64,000 nt of DNA, taken from Halocafeteria seosinensis. Taxonomy: Eukaryota. The stretch spans positions 124,001 to 188,000 of the forward strand of contig LVLI01000233.1 of NCBI GenBank assembly GCA_001687465.1, in the 5' to 3' direction. The notes below the pieces were generated by a model. It did not search any database. It saw only the letters and a program-made list of their open reading frames with translations, and was not told the DNA's origin. Of the stretch, positions 50,039 through 63,205 are shown one piece after another. The translations under genes were made by a program, and so were the position numbers. The stretch's first letter is position 1, and every line of letters starts with the position of its first letter.

Positions 50039-52223
50039 TTACGCTGAAATCTGCGGGCCGTACTTCGAAAAGTCCGGGTAGTCAGACCCTTGGAAACGCT
50101 TATAGTTGTCCACAAATTTCTTTGCCAACATCTTTGCTTGCTCATCGTACTGCTCTTTGTTGTCCCAAGTGTTTCGTGGATTCAAAAGAGAGCTTTCGAC
50201 ACCAGGAAGAGATTTCGGAATAGACAGGCCAAAGAATGGCTCAGTCTCAAATTCGCACTTCTCGATGGAACCTGTTCATAGAGCATACCAACATCGAAGT
50301 CGTCAACTAGATGGAATGACATGCAACTAAGAGTGCAGAAACGTACCATCTAAGATTGCGTTCACGCAAGAGCGGGTCACTTGAATCTTCATCCTCTTAC
50401 CAACACCGTATGGGCCTCCGCTCCAACCGGTGTTTACCAAGTACGCTTTGGTGTCATACTTTTCCATCTTCTCACCCAGCAGCTTGGCATATACCGTTGG
50501 ATGTAAAGGCATGAATACATCGCCGAAGCAGTAGGAAAATGTAGCCTGTGTACAGCGACAACACATGTTTAAGGATTGAGGACGGTGGTGCTCATATTAC
50601 AGTGAGAGAAACTTACAACTGGTTCAGTAACACCGCGCTCAGTACCAGCTACTTTAGCGCTATATCCAGAAAGGAAGTGATACATTGCCTGACCTCTGGT
50701 CAGTCTGGACACGGGAGGCAACACACCATAGGCATCGCATGCAAGGAAAAGGATGCATGAAGGGTGCTGGCCTCTACCGGAATCAACTCGATTATCGATA
50801 TGAGTTAGCGGATAGCTGACGCGCCCATTCTCCGTTTTTGAACCGTCATCGTAATCAGGAACTCCATCCTCTCTAATCTTGATATTCTCAAGAAGAGCGC
50901 CCGGGCGGATAGCATTATAGATTTCAGGTTCCGCTTTAGGATCCAACTTGTACGTTTTCGCGTAGCATCCTCCTTCGAGATTCCAAATACCCGTATCGTC
51001 CCATCCATGTTCATCGTCCCCGATGAGTTCGCGATTCGGGTCAGAGCTCAGGGTAGTTTTACCAGTGCCAGATAAGCCGAAGAAGATTGCCGTGTCATTG
51101 CCATCTTTCGCTTTGTTAGCAGAACAGTGCATGGTCAACACATTGTTCAACGGGCACCACATGTTCATCATGGCGAAGATACCCTTCTTCATTTCACCTG
51201 GGATAACGAATGGAGCCACGACAAACAAGAGCGGTTACTCCAAAATATCCAGTGCGGGATGCAGCGAGACATACCTCCATAGTAGGTTCCGCCGATAATT
51301 GCTCGCTTTCGCTCCACGTTGAAAATGACAAACACCTCACTATGAAGACTGTGCTTCTTCCAATCTTCGTCCGTTATTTTACAGCAATTCAGCTGTACAG
51401 TACAATGGCAAGAAGAGTCGTTGAAGCGAGACACTACCGAAAGGTTACGAGGAGGGTACATACGACGACGAAGTCAGGTTCTCTGCCGGCCAGTTCTTTC
51501 GCTTGCTCCTTGGTCGGGCGTCTAAACATGTTCGTTACGAAGTGATGCTGCCATGCAAGCTCTGCAATAAAAGCAATCCGACTCTTAGTGTGCCTTGCAC
51601 TCCACTGAGCTGAGGCCACCCAAACGACATACCAGTCACAAATCGGACGTGGCGGCAGGATTTATCACTAGCACCAACCCATCCATCAAAAACGTAGAGG
51701 CGCTTAGGAGTCGACGAAAAGTAGTTAGTACACTTGTTGTAGAGTTCGTCGAACACCTGAAGGAAACAAAATCAATTTGCATTATTGTTTTTTGCCCAGG
51801 GGTTTTCCGTGAAGATCCACGACTTACCTCTGGATCTGCGGGTTGGTTGATCTTGTTCCAGTCAATGTCTTTTTCAGACGGCGATTGCTTGACGATGAAG
51901 CGGTCTTTGGGAGATCGTCCAGTGAATTTGCCTGCGTAACACATGCCATCCATGGTGGTCAAGGTTGTCGAGCCACTTGAAGTTATGTCCGTAATACGCG
52001 TGATGGAACAAAGAACAAGACACATAATCTTACCTGTGTCGACGGCCATGGTGCCATTGTCGATCTGCGCGGTCTCCCCAAACTCCTTCTCATGGGTGTG
52101 GATCTCCTCGTAGGAGAGGTTGTGGAAAACAGGCACATCTTGGCCCACTTTTACGCCTAATCCAGGCAAATCCAGCTTCTGACGGATTTCCTCCGTAGCA
52201 ATGCCAGGTGCTGCTGAACTCAT
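50039..52223 (-). CDS. PCK1: Phosphoenolpyruvate carboxykinase (ATP)
   Basis: [50 protein letters not shown] and [10 protein letters not shown]. Confidence 0.97.
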
Positions 52224-53353
52224 TGTTGTTGATTATTGAACACACAACAGAAATACACAAAGAGCAAAAGAAAACAAGCAAAATCCTGTTGACGACCAGT
52301 TGATGTGTGCTCGGACAGCGTAACAAGCCTTCCAATACTGAATTATCTTTGTCCCCGCGCCAGGTGGCACCGGCGGTCATTGACCCGCGCTCGTGCTGAT
52401 AGTGTGAGTCTCATGACCTGGAGGTGGGTATAAATCTTTCAGCGGTGCGCTATCCGCCAGGTAGGTGTGGGAAAAAATGAAATATGTAAAAATAAAAATG
52501 CATACCATGCACTGCACTTTTTACCGGTTGTACATGTACAGTATTGTTGTCATACTGTTGTACCGGTACCTGCATAGCCCATACACCACTGATACACTGC
52601 GTACAAGTAGTTGTAGTGTAGGTAACGCGTAGAAAAACTCAGCGCATTGTTGTAAGGTTTTCAATGCAAATACTGTCTCAGAATCAGCTAGTATGTTCGT
52701 ACTCCCATGACTTGTTCTAGTCCGGCTTGGAGAAGGGAAAATTCGGACCAATTGGCGTCCTTACCTGTCACCAATCGACAACACGCTTCAAGCTCCCAGC
52801 CCTCCCCAGTCGTCACAACTGCTTAACAAACGGGAACTACAAAAAAGTTGCGTCGCATGTCCAGCGTTGTGATTCAATTTGCAAATCATGGATCTGCTGT
52901 CAGCCTGTCACTGACAGCCTGTCAGACTGCTGAAGTTCAGCCGACTCCGGGGGCGGAAATTGTACCTCACAGCTAACCGGTTGTTGGTCTGGTAGCTAAA
53001 TTCTTGCAGAGTAGAAAATGTTCGTGGATTGTCAACTCGACTGAGCAAACGATAAACGACCTCACTGGTTTTTGGAAACAAAGTGCGTCGACAAGATCTT
53101 CCCGTAAGTTACAGGTAGCAATTACTTTGGCGACCGATCCATTTATGAAGCATCGGGTGGAATGCAAGTGCAAAGTGGAACCGTATCCGGCGTGGGCTGT
53201 TCTTTGTTCTACACCTACTAGCTTCGTAGAGAACCCAGAAACAAGAATGCGTGACCAAGAACCGAAACTGTATTGAAATTATCCCATTATGTGTAGGTTA
53301 TGCTGGCATGAAAAATCCATTGTGTGTGTACAGCAAAAGGACGAAGAAAAATC

Positions 53354-54026
53354 ATGAAGCTATTGCTCGTTAGCGCCGTGATCGCTGCAAGTGTCGCAGC
53401 CACTGCCGCAGACAGCCTTCCAAGTCATCTTCAGTAAGTGCGATAAATTTTGATGAGACCCATTGGCAAGAATCGTCGGAGATCATGCAGCGTTTCGGGA
53501 ATTGCACTCACCTCTGTCTCCCTTGCGATACAGACAAGCTTGGCAGTACCAGCAATATGGAGTATGCAACGCGTGGGACCTCACCCACTATGAAGACCAT
53601 GTACTTAAGTGCATGGGAAACAGTATATACAAACAATGCCAAAGCCACAACTTTAAGTAAGTGATCTTGTCTCCCGTGAACCTACCTGCGTTCGGTACCA
53701 CTATGCATCTTTGTGGTTACAGGAGCGTAAAAGACATGGGAGACAACTGGTACAGGGTGGAGTACTACGTGAACCCTGGAGCAATGGTGTTCTGCCTGTT
53801 TGTGTTGGACGAAGACCCGGTAAAGGGAGTACAGAAGAATTCACCTATGTGTGGATCGGCTCCTCCGAAAGCGGCAGCCACCGAATGGAAACGTAAGGTT
53901 AAGAGCTGGTTCCTTGCTGCAATGGTCGATATGTTCCCCAATGGTCTGCTTGACTGCCCTGCAGAAGGAAATTGCACCGGTTCTTCGTTTGAAACCTCTT
54001 TTGTGCGTGGTGCCCAGATTAACTAA
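53354..54026 (+). CDS. Small secreted Cys-containing hypothetical protein (about 4 exons)
   Basis: Signal peptide MKLLLVSAVIAASVAATAA. GTAAG donors and CAG acceptors join the frames of ORFs 53463 and 53661 to stop 54026. Confidence 0.65.
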
Positions 54027-54248
54027 CCGTACAACCTTGGTACTTCATCGTAAACTGCGAAGTAAAGGGATACCACCCAATACAATACCGACATGAATCC
54101 ATCATCACTCGCTGCTCACCATAACACAGACACCTACTTCCGTGATGGTTCACCCAACATAGTCGTTCTTGGTAGTGGAGCGACATCTCAGCAAACACAT
54201 TGGTCTTATGATAATCCAACTCGTCCAAACAAAGGGCAAGAGTTGAAG

Positions 54249-55221
54249 TTACTCGCTACCACGGGCACCTGTCAGCACCAATTTGCCTAACACCACCATA
54301 TCCCTCCCTATCATCCGCTGATTCAAACTACCTATGTTCAACGGCAGTTTAGTAGTGACTTATTGTCACCCAAGACTCTCTGGCCCAGAACAATCAATGG
54401 TGATATAGTAATTACCAAACTTTGTATCGGTTCCCTATGTGTAGCACTGGTACTTGATTCTAGCCACTGTGATTGCAGATGAAATAACGTGGATATCACA
54501 CACCGTCCTCCTTCCACCATCACACTTTTGATATCAACTTCCCCGAGCTGGTGCATCATCGATACCCAATCAAGATAAAATCGACAGTTTCCGTTTCCAT
54601 CGACAACACCCTTGGCTGGACACTTTTTGACCTGGGCCCCTCGTTTGACAGCCTCCGTAATGCGGCATTCCACAGATTTCGCGAGTTCCTGCCGCGTTTG
54701 TGCATTTGGTTGCGCAGCATCCTCCCATTGTATTGCACTCATGTCTGCAGCCATGATGATAGGTCTTAGTGTGTCTTCTGAGTTCATTAATTTTACATCC
54801 ATGGGACAACGGAGTGTTGGATCAAGAACTACTGGGCGGGGACTTGGCCCTTCCACTCTCCGTGTTGTAAGCGATGGATTGTCATTCACCACTGTCCCTA
54901 CTCCAACGAGGATCGCATCGTGGCTGGCTCGTAGAGCATGCGTCATATCCATAGTCTCCTCACAACTCAGAGTAATTTGCTCATCTGGACGAGTATCGAT
55001 AGACGAGTTCAAGCCATAATGATCACCAGATCAAGAGTGTGAAGGACCTAATCTGCTCCATACGTACTGTTTGGACCAGCTATCGAGCCATCTAGACTTT
55101 GCGCATATGCTAGTGTGACATGAGGGCGACCCTCATGTGTTTTGGTTTCCTGCGTAAACTCACGAATACTGTCTTTAACTTGCCGAATGATGCAGTTCCA
55201 GCTTGGTTCCGCTGCTGCCAT
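54249..55221 (-). CDS. RIB7: RibD C-terminal / RIB7 pyrimidine reductase (riboflavin biosynthesis); apparent frameshift near the 3' end
   Basis: RPHVTLAYAQSLDGSIA, THALRASHDAILVGVGTVVNDNPSLT, PRPVVLD and VMVEGG. The main frame stops at 54338 while the expected terminal motif lies in another frame ending at 54249. Confidence 0.88.
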
Positions 55222-55633
55222 GGTGGCACCTTGGAGCACAGCCCCAGAACAAAGCCTACCTATTGACCCATGAAAAAATGCACAATCAATCCTCATAAGG
55301 CCTCTATTATAGGGAGGTTCTATACTATTCCATAGACGTCCTATACGCGCACTACAGTAATGTCTAGCCGATCCGACAAATCGGCGACAATCTTTTTTGC
55401 CCTTGTGAAGCTCAACTTCAACTTCCTTGAGACGAAGTTCAAAGCTGTCATTGTCAAGCAATCTTTCCCGGTTATCGGTCGCCATTTTTGTGTTTGTTGA
55501 CGTTATACATTGTGAAAGGAAAGATCTGCAAGCTGGGATCGTGCTGTTCAAGTGTTGCGAGTGGAGAGTGTCCAAGCAACAGAGTCGTGAAGGCTCGGTT
55601 AACTTCTAACGGTGGTGCCAATCACGATACACG

Positions 55634-58600
55634 ATGCCTAGGCTTATTATAAAGCAAATCACCCTTACCAATTTCAAGTCCTATGCTGGGACGAAGGTTT
55701 TAGGTCCATATGATCCCCATTTCACTGCGACGGTATGTATATCCCCTTCAATCTTGCCCGTTTACTCCTCCGCGCGCGTCCCTTAACGGCCGCCGCCTCT
55801 AACTTTCCCTTATAAACCCTTTTTGTCGTTTTGATTCACTCAGGTCGGTCCCAATGGGAGCGGTAAGAGCAATACGATCGATGCTTTGCTGTTCGTATTC
55901 GGCAAGCGGGCTAGCAAACTACGGTTGAAAAAGGTATCTGAGTTGATACACAAGAGCTCTGACTACCCTGATGTGGAATCAGCAACCGTAGATGTTCATT
56001 TTCGGGAAGTCGAAGACAAAGAAGATGGTTCTCATGAAGTTATCCCTAACACAGACCTCATCGTCTCGCGAACAGCATTCAAGAATAATACCTCCAAGTA
56101 TTACATTAATGGAACCGGAAGTTCCTTTACAGAAGTGACAGCCCTCCTTCGTGAGAAGGGAATTGACTTGGATAACAACCGTTTTCTCATTCTTCAGGGA
56201 GAAGTTGAACAAATTTCTCAAATGCGCCCCAAAGCGCAAACCCCACATGAAGTTGGTCTTTTGGAATATTTGGAAGATATCATTGGGTCCAACAAATATG
56301 TGGAGGCTATCGAAGAGTCAGGTAAAACGGTGGATCAGCTTAACGAGACTCGGAACGAGCGTTTGAATCGCGTGAAGGCCGTGGAGAAAGAAAAGAACAA
56401 CCTAGAGGGATCAAAAGCCGAAGCGGAGAAGTATCTGCAAAAAGACCAAGAAGTACAAATAAAGCGCTCTACTCTGTATCAGCTATATCGTCATGAGTCG
56501 CAACAGCAAGTCGATCAAGCAGAGCAGAAGAAGACGCAGTTCCAAGAGAAACTGGATTACGAAAGGAACAAACTGGAAGGTCTAAAAGAAGAGCTCGCGC
56601 AGTATGAGAAAGAGTATGATGAAAAATACAAACAGTACCAGGAAGTGGAGCAACAAGTGAAGACTGCGAAAAAAGAGTTTACGGAATACGAGCGCCAAGA
56701 TATCAAGTACAGAGAGGAAATCAAAGAGTGCAAGAACAAAGTGAAAAAACTGGAAACCAATTACGAGAAAGAAGTCTCGAAGGAGAAAACCGAAAACAAA
56801 ACCGTTGAGCAAAATGAGAAAAAACTCCCAGAACTCGAAAAAGAGGTCGAATCACTCCAATCTCAAAAGGAAGAATGTGAGAAGAGGCTGGATGAGATCT
56901 ACAGGAACATGAGGGTAAGACTTGCTTTCCCGATTCCACTTTTTAGTCTTTATTTACGTGACCTTCTCCCATACAGGGTAAAACTGAAAGTCTAAGAAAC
57001 GAGCTCGAGAAGAAGCAGAAGGAATACGAACCATTTGCAGAACGGTTGAATACCGTGGATAGTGAGATTAACAGAAAGAGTAACGATTTGAAGGTAAGAA
57101 GAAATTTACGGACTTCTCATTCAGCCACCTCTATACTGCGTTATTAATGCAGATGACTCAAGATCGCATTGACACCCACCAAAAGGACATAGAAAAATAC
57201 GAGCAGGAAAAGCAAGAGCTACAGGAGAAGCTCAAGAATACCAACAAGCAGTATGAAGAAACGAAGAAAGAGTATGACCAAAAGAAAGAACGCCTCGATT
57301 GTGCCCAAAGAGATCTCCGAGTATCGCGGGATGAACTCAGCAACATCGAGGATGAAATCAAGACGGTTCGTGCTGAGATAGATGATTCAAAGGCGTCTAT
57401 TTCTGCCGCTTCGTCCCAGAACAATGTCACAAAGCAGCTCATGGCCGCGGCAAAAAGAGGGGGCAAATTGGAGAATAGTGGTCTTGCCGGTCGTCTCGGT
57501 GATTTGGGGACGATTGACCCTAAGTATGATGTTGCCATCTCCACGGCCTGCCCTGGCTTAAGCTGGTTAGTCACTGAGACTACAGCTGGTGCGGAAGAAT
57601 GCGTATCGTTTCTCCGACAGAAAAACCGTGGAAGAGCCAAATTCGTAATGATGGACAAAGTGCAATGGCTTAAGGATAAAATGACCAGTCGACCTCGAAT
57701 TCCTTCCGGAGCACAGAGGCTTTTTGACCTAGTCGATATTCCGCAAGAATATAAACTGGCGTTTTACTTCGTTATGAGAGATACACTTGTAGCCGATAAC
57801 TTGGAGCAGGCAGTGAAAATCGCTTACCAAGGAGGGAGGCCTTGGAAGGTAGTTACACTTCAAGGAGAACTAATTGACGCCAACGGAACAATGTCCGGTG
57901 GGGGCGGGAAAAGTCGTTCTGGGCTTATGAATCTAAGTGGAACTGCAAGGGCAGCCTCAGCAAGTGGTGGAGTATCTGAGAAGGATATTGAAAAGAAAGA
58001 GAAGAAACTGAAGACTTTAACCCAGCAATATGAAGACACGAATAAGACTGTCCAGTCTCTTCAACAGGATGTATCAGCGTTGGAATCTGAACTTCCCAAA
58101 TTGTCAAAAACGATGAAACGAATGCAAATGGATATCGATGCATTCAAGAATCGCGTAAATGATCTCGAGAGCCAACTTGAGTCCCTTCGAGGAAAGAGTG
58201 CCATCTCAAAGAAGGAAGAAAAAGAAATGAAGGTGAGCATTGCGTACAGGGTCATTTGCCACGATTCCTCTTCAAGTGCGTGTGTGTCAATATGTGTTTG
58301 CAGGACAACGAAAAAGAACTGAAGGAACTAGAAAAGAAGCGGGAATCTATTGTAGCTGAATCGGAAAAACTGAAGAAGGAAATTGCTGACCTTGAAGATC
58401 AAATTACCCAAGCTGGTGGCAAAGAACTTAGCGAGGCTAAAGACGAGATGAAGACAATTGAGAAGCGCTTAGAGCAACAGCGAGGAGCTATTACCAAAGC
58501 GAAAGTTGCTATAAAGACGTCATCGAAGAACGCCGCCAAAGCTAAAGAAGCCGCTGAGCAAGTCCAGGAAGACCTGAAATCCGAGAAAGCACGCCTTGAG

Positions 58601-59910
58601 GAACTTCAAAACAAGTTTAAGGAAATTGAAAACGAGGCCCTCACGGTTCTGCAAAATATGCAAAATGCCGAACAGCTCGCGAAGGATAGAGGCCAAGAGC
58701 TACAAACCGTAAAGGACAAGTTTAAGAAAATTGAGAGCTCGATCAAAAATATTAGAAGCGTCGAAGTCGACATAACCCACGCAATGGAAGATTGTGATAC
58801 CACAATCAATAATGCAAAGAAGAGCATATCACAGTTCAATGGTAAACTTGAGCAGATACAGAGGAACTTTAGTTGGAATCTCCAGTTGCTTGGACAAGAT
58901 AAACAGCAAGAGACCGATGGAGAAGCATCAGAGCGAAACGAACAACAAGATGGGACCGAAGAGAATGCTGAGTCCACAGCACAGTCGTTACCAACTGCGT
59001 CACAAGAGGAGCTGGATGAACATACAGAAGATGAATTGAAATACGCCATTACTATTCTCGAAGCACAACGAGATGAATTGAAGAACGATGTTAATATGCA
59101 AGCAATTCAGGAGTATCACAAGAAAGAGGAAGAGTTTAAGAATCGCTTAAGTGAACTCGAAGAAACAAGCCAGGAAAGAGACGAAGCCCGCAAACAGTAT
59201 GATGCTCTGCGCAAAAAGAGGTTGGATGACTTCATGGCAGGCTTTGGCACTATCACGTTAAAGTTGAAGGAAATGTACCAGATGTTAACCCTGGGAGGAG
59301 ATGCGGAATTGGAACTGGTGAACTCTCTCGACCCGTTTGATGGTGTTGTTTTCACGTGAGTAGAAGGACAGTAACACTTGGGTGTAAACGATCGTTTGTA
59401 ACCCCGTTCCTTTAAACATGCAGAGTACGTCCTCCGAAGAAGAGCTGGAAGAATATCTCCAACCTCTCTGGAGGAGAAAAAACGTTGGCGTCTCTCGCAT
59501 TGGTATTTGCCCTCCACCACTTCAAGGTAAGCATGATATACTTCTCACCGCGTCTACCCTCATCACTTACATACGACTTTCCAATGTCTTGCTCGCAGCC
59601 TACCCCATTGTACGTAATGGACGAAATAGATGCCGCCTTGGATTTCAAGAATGTATCGATTGTGGCGAACTACATCAAAGAGAGGACGAAGAACGCCCAG
59701 TTTATCATCATCTCTTTACGAAACAACATGTTCGAACTGGCTGACCGGTTGGTCGGAATATACAAAACTAATGATGCAACAAAGTCCGTGACAATCGATC
59801 CTCATGCTTTCTCAGAAAAGGGGATCACCACTAAACAAGGGGATAGTTCAGGTAAGGAGAATAGGGCAGCCCTAGGTGAGACTACTAACCAAGTCGCAAG
59901 TAGCGCATAA
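55634..59910 (+). CDS. SMC4: Structural maintenance of chromosomes protein 4
   Basis: NFKSYAG, Walker A GPNGSGKSN, GIDLDNNRFLILQGEVEQI, hinge GRLGDLG, LSGGEKTL and VMDEIDAALD. Confidence 0.97.
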
Positions 59911-59938
59911 GCAAATGTGATAAACCGCAACCTTTTTT

Positions 59939-61168
59939 CTATGATGCTAGCTTGGGTGACGACAAGTAGTCGAGCATCCCAAATCTAACTCCTGTTCCAC
60001 AAACATCTTCTGGCAGAATCGCCGGTATCACGTGTAACTCAAATAGCTCTTTCAGTTCAGAACACCAATTCAGTGAGCTCAACACCAACGAGGTACACAG
60101 CGCCACACACCCTCCAACAGAGGCTCCTACAATGGTATCTCCGATCCAATGACATCCGAAATGAACGCGTGCCCACATTGTTAGTGGTATAATGCATAAG
60201 TATTTCGATTCCCCGGTGTAGCAAGCCATAACAAATGCAACTACTGCCGCCTGCTAACAAGGAGCAACTTGTAGTTCGAGCAGTGAAAAGAGATACATAG
60301 TGGCCGACTATGCCTTGAATACACATACCTGGGCAGAATCACCGCTTGGAAACGATTCGTTGTTGACCAGAGCTCGGACGTCTGGCTTTCGATGAGCAAA
60401 TCTCAGTGCTGTTGGCCGTACACGCCTGAAATGTTTCTTTCCAATCGAAGTCAAAATGACAGTGAGTATACTGCATCAGGAAGATAAGAAAATAAAAAAT
60501 GAACTCAGTTTGTCTATTGGGGCAGAGTATATCTTGTTGACCCACTTTGAAACTATCATCACGAGCGACAGTACTGCAGGAGCGATAGGCAGCATTATCG
60601 CCAGAATGACGGGAATTCCATACGTCCCAAAAGTCATAGCAAACGGAAACAATAAAAGGTCTAGTAATGGCCATTTCCAGTTTTGCACCATACAACTCCA
60701 TTCACGGTCGTATGCCAGCACGCTCCTAAGCAACTTTTGTCCTTTAGGCAAGTCGTCCAGGTCTTGTCTAGTATCCAGTCGTGATTCGCTTGTCTCGGAG
60801 GCTCCAGGATAAGACACTTTCCGCGGCACAAAGAAGTCATACAGCTTCTTGAACCTTAATCTCCCGGGGTAATTGAAAAAGTAACGAGGCTCCGTATGGT
60901 AGAGCGTATTTCTTATGGAGGGAGGAAGCGAAACACTTCGTGGTCGGCAGTGATTCCTCGATGAAGTTTTGCGTTTGATTGTCTCCGCGTCGTGGGCGGT
61001 GGCACCACGAGCACGTTTCGTCCCAGGAGATGCATCGCCTCGAAACGTCAGAGGGGTCCGAGGAGTGGCGTCGCCTCCTTCATGCTCAGCTTGGCAGGAG
61101 CACTCTTCGCTGCTGCCGCTGCTGCTCACATTATCATCCTCTGGAACATGTGCACGGATGTTTTCCAT
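59939..61168 (-). CDS. PAP2-superfamily lipid phosphate phosphatase
   Basis: KKHFRRVRP, SFPSGDS and ARVHFGCHWIGD motifs on spliced exons, with hydrophobic segments. Confidence 0.85.
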
Positions 61169-61455
61169 TCCACGAATGGGTGGGTGTGGATGTACAAGGG
61201 AAATAGAAGGCGATCTCCTGCTCTGTGCTGCGCAATACGACACGTAGAGGCTTCATTTTAGGCAAGACAAGGATATCCCGTCGATCTGAGCCGAACCGGA
61301 CAAACAATTGTGATACTCCAGAACCAGCACTTATCTATCTGTCGTTATCAGTGGAGTACGCCGTGCTTTCGAGATTGTATTCAGCAGAGGGGGTGTGTCC
61401 GTGTGTATATACTAGATATTACGGCTTCCTCTAGGGTGTCGTTGGAGCGGTGAAA

Positions 61456-62898
61456 ATGATGTATACGGGGCAGAAAACACATCACCGAGGCCATATCGTG
61501 GCCCTCCTGGTTGGATTATTGGGCATTTTTTCATGCCACAGCCCTCTTCAATACGTATATGCTGATGATTCGGGTGTCGAGGAAGGAGATGAAGCTGAGA
61601 TACATCCTGTACGTATCATGATCCCGTGAATTGTGTGTAAAAGGGAGAGATTTGGCGGTTGTGTGTGGTCTGAACGGTATCTTTAAGAGGATACCAGCAG
61701 CTTGTTCATTATTCATGTGGTGTCGAATATGGTGCAGGATCAACACAAGAATGTGCAAGACTTGAAAACTCTCAGTCAGACGAACGATGGCTTAGTGCCT
61801 TTGAACGACCAGATTTTCTCGAGGCTTGTTCTGGAGAAGAACCGCCCCTATGGTGTTTATGTACTCTTCAACGCCAGAGATAAGCGATTTAACTGCGATG
61901 TATGCGGTCCATTTGAAGATGAGATGCGATTAGTGGCCGAATCGTACAAAAGAATGAAGGAACACGATGAGGAAGGAAATATACCTTTGGTTTTTTTCGC
62001 TGTCGCTGAGTGGGGTCCAAACCAACGCAGTTTCAACCAAGTAAGGGTTTGATTTACTATGCTGCGAATCACGCTGTATGCAATGTCTTTTGGTGAACTG
62101 ATTATGGGCACAGTACAACATTAAATCGGTCCCTAAGCTGGTCTATTTTGGTCCCACGCGGGAAGCTCCGCACAAACCGAACCAGTTCCCTCAGGAGCCG
62201 ATGATGGTAACCGAGCTGCACGCGGAGGCCATCACAGAATATGTTCGAGGCACAAGCGGACTGAATGTACGTCCTTCAATTACAAATGATTTGGGTTCTG
62301 TTTGGTATTCTCTTATAATCCTTACGGTTGTGCTATGCAGATCGAAATTTACCGTTCTCCTCTGCCGAAGCTGATTGCTCTACTTGGGTTCCTCGTTGTA
62401 ATGGCTTTGGCACTCCGCTACGCCAGCGAAAAGCTGTGGAATCTTGCTATGAAAATTTGTGGTTTCAAGCCGCTGTGGGTAATGGGATCATTGGTACGTC
62501 TTCTAAGTGAAGTAGCTCGTTGCTGAAGGATGCCACTGGTAGATACTCGACACTTGACGATGCAGTTGGTCGTGTTCGTCGCTGTCTCGGGTGTCCTCTT
62601 TGATATCATACGTGGAGTACCATGGGTGGGAATGAATCCTCAGACAAGAAAAGTAGAGTGGTACACCACTCAGTCTGGAATCCAATATGGTATGGAAGGC
62701 TTCGTAGTAGGATGTCTCAACATGGGCTGTGCCCTCTGCATGGTTCTCCTCGCGCAATACCTTCCGCGAGTGAAGAAAGATAATCAATTGATGGTGGCAA
62801 TAGCAATGGTTGTAGGATTTGCGTTTTGCTACACGCGCATTTGTAGCTTATATCGTTTGAAGAACCCGTGGTACTTTTCAGCACTGGGTTTCTTCTAA
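61456..62898 (+). CDS. OST3: Oligosaccharyltransferase subunit OST3/OST6 (MAGT1/TUSC3-like)
   Basis: Signal-like N-terminus, thioredoxin-like RPYGVYVLFNA...CDVC, SGVLFDIIRGVP, QYGMEG and terminal YRLKNPWY. Confidence 0.92.
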
Positions 62899-63205
62899 GG
62901 TCACAGGCGGCAAAACCAAGATACACAAACTCTGTGACAGCTTCTGCCCCCGATTGTGTTATGCTACTTAAAGTTACTATGGGTTCTATAACTTGCTGGA
63001 TGCATCAATACCGGGAAATCTTCTTGCGCTCGAATTGTCAAGAAAAGGAATTCCCACTAATTCTTTTTGAAGGGCTCCTAATTTCTTGTGCGTTCCCTTA
63101 TTTCCAAAGCATAGAAAGTATTTGATATGTTGTGTGCTCTTAGAACAATGCATGAGAGCAAATGATGGATGAAATGGAATTTTAAATTAATGTTACTGAT
63201 CAGTG

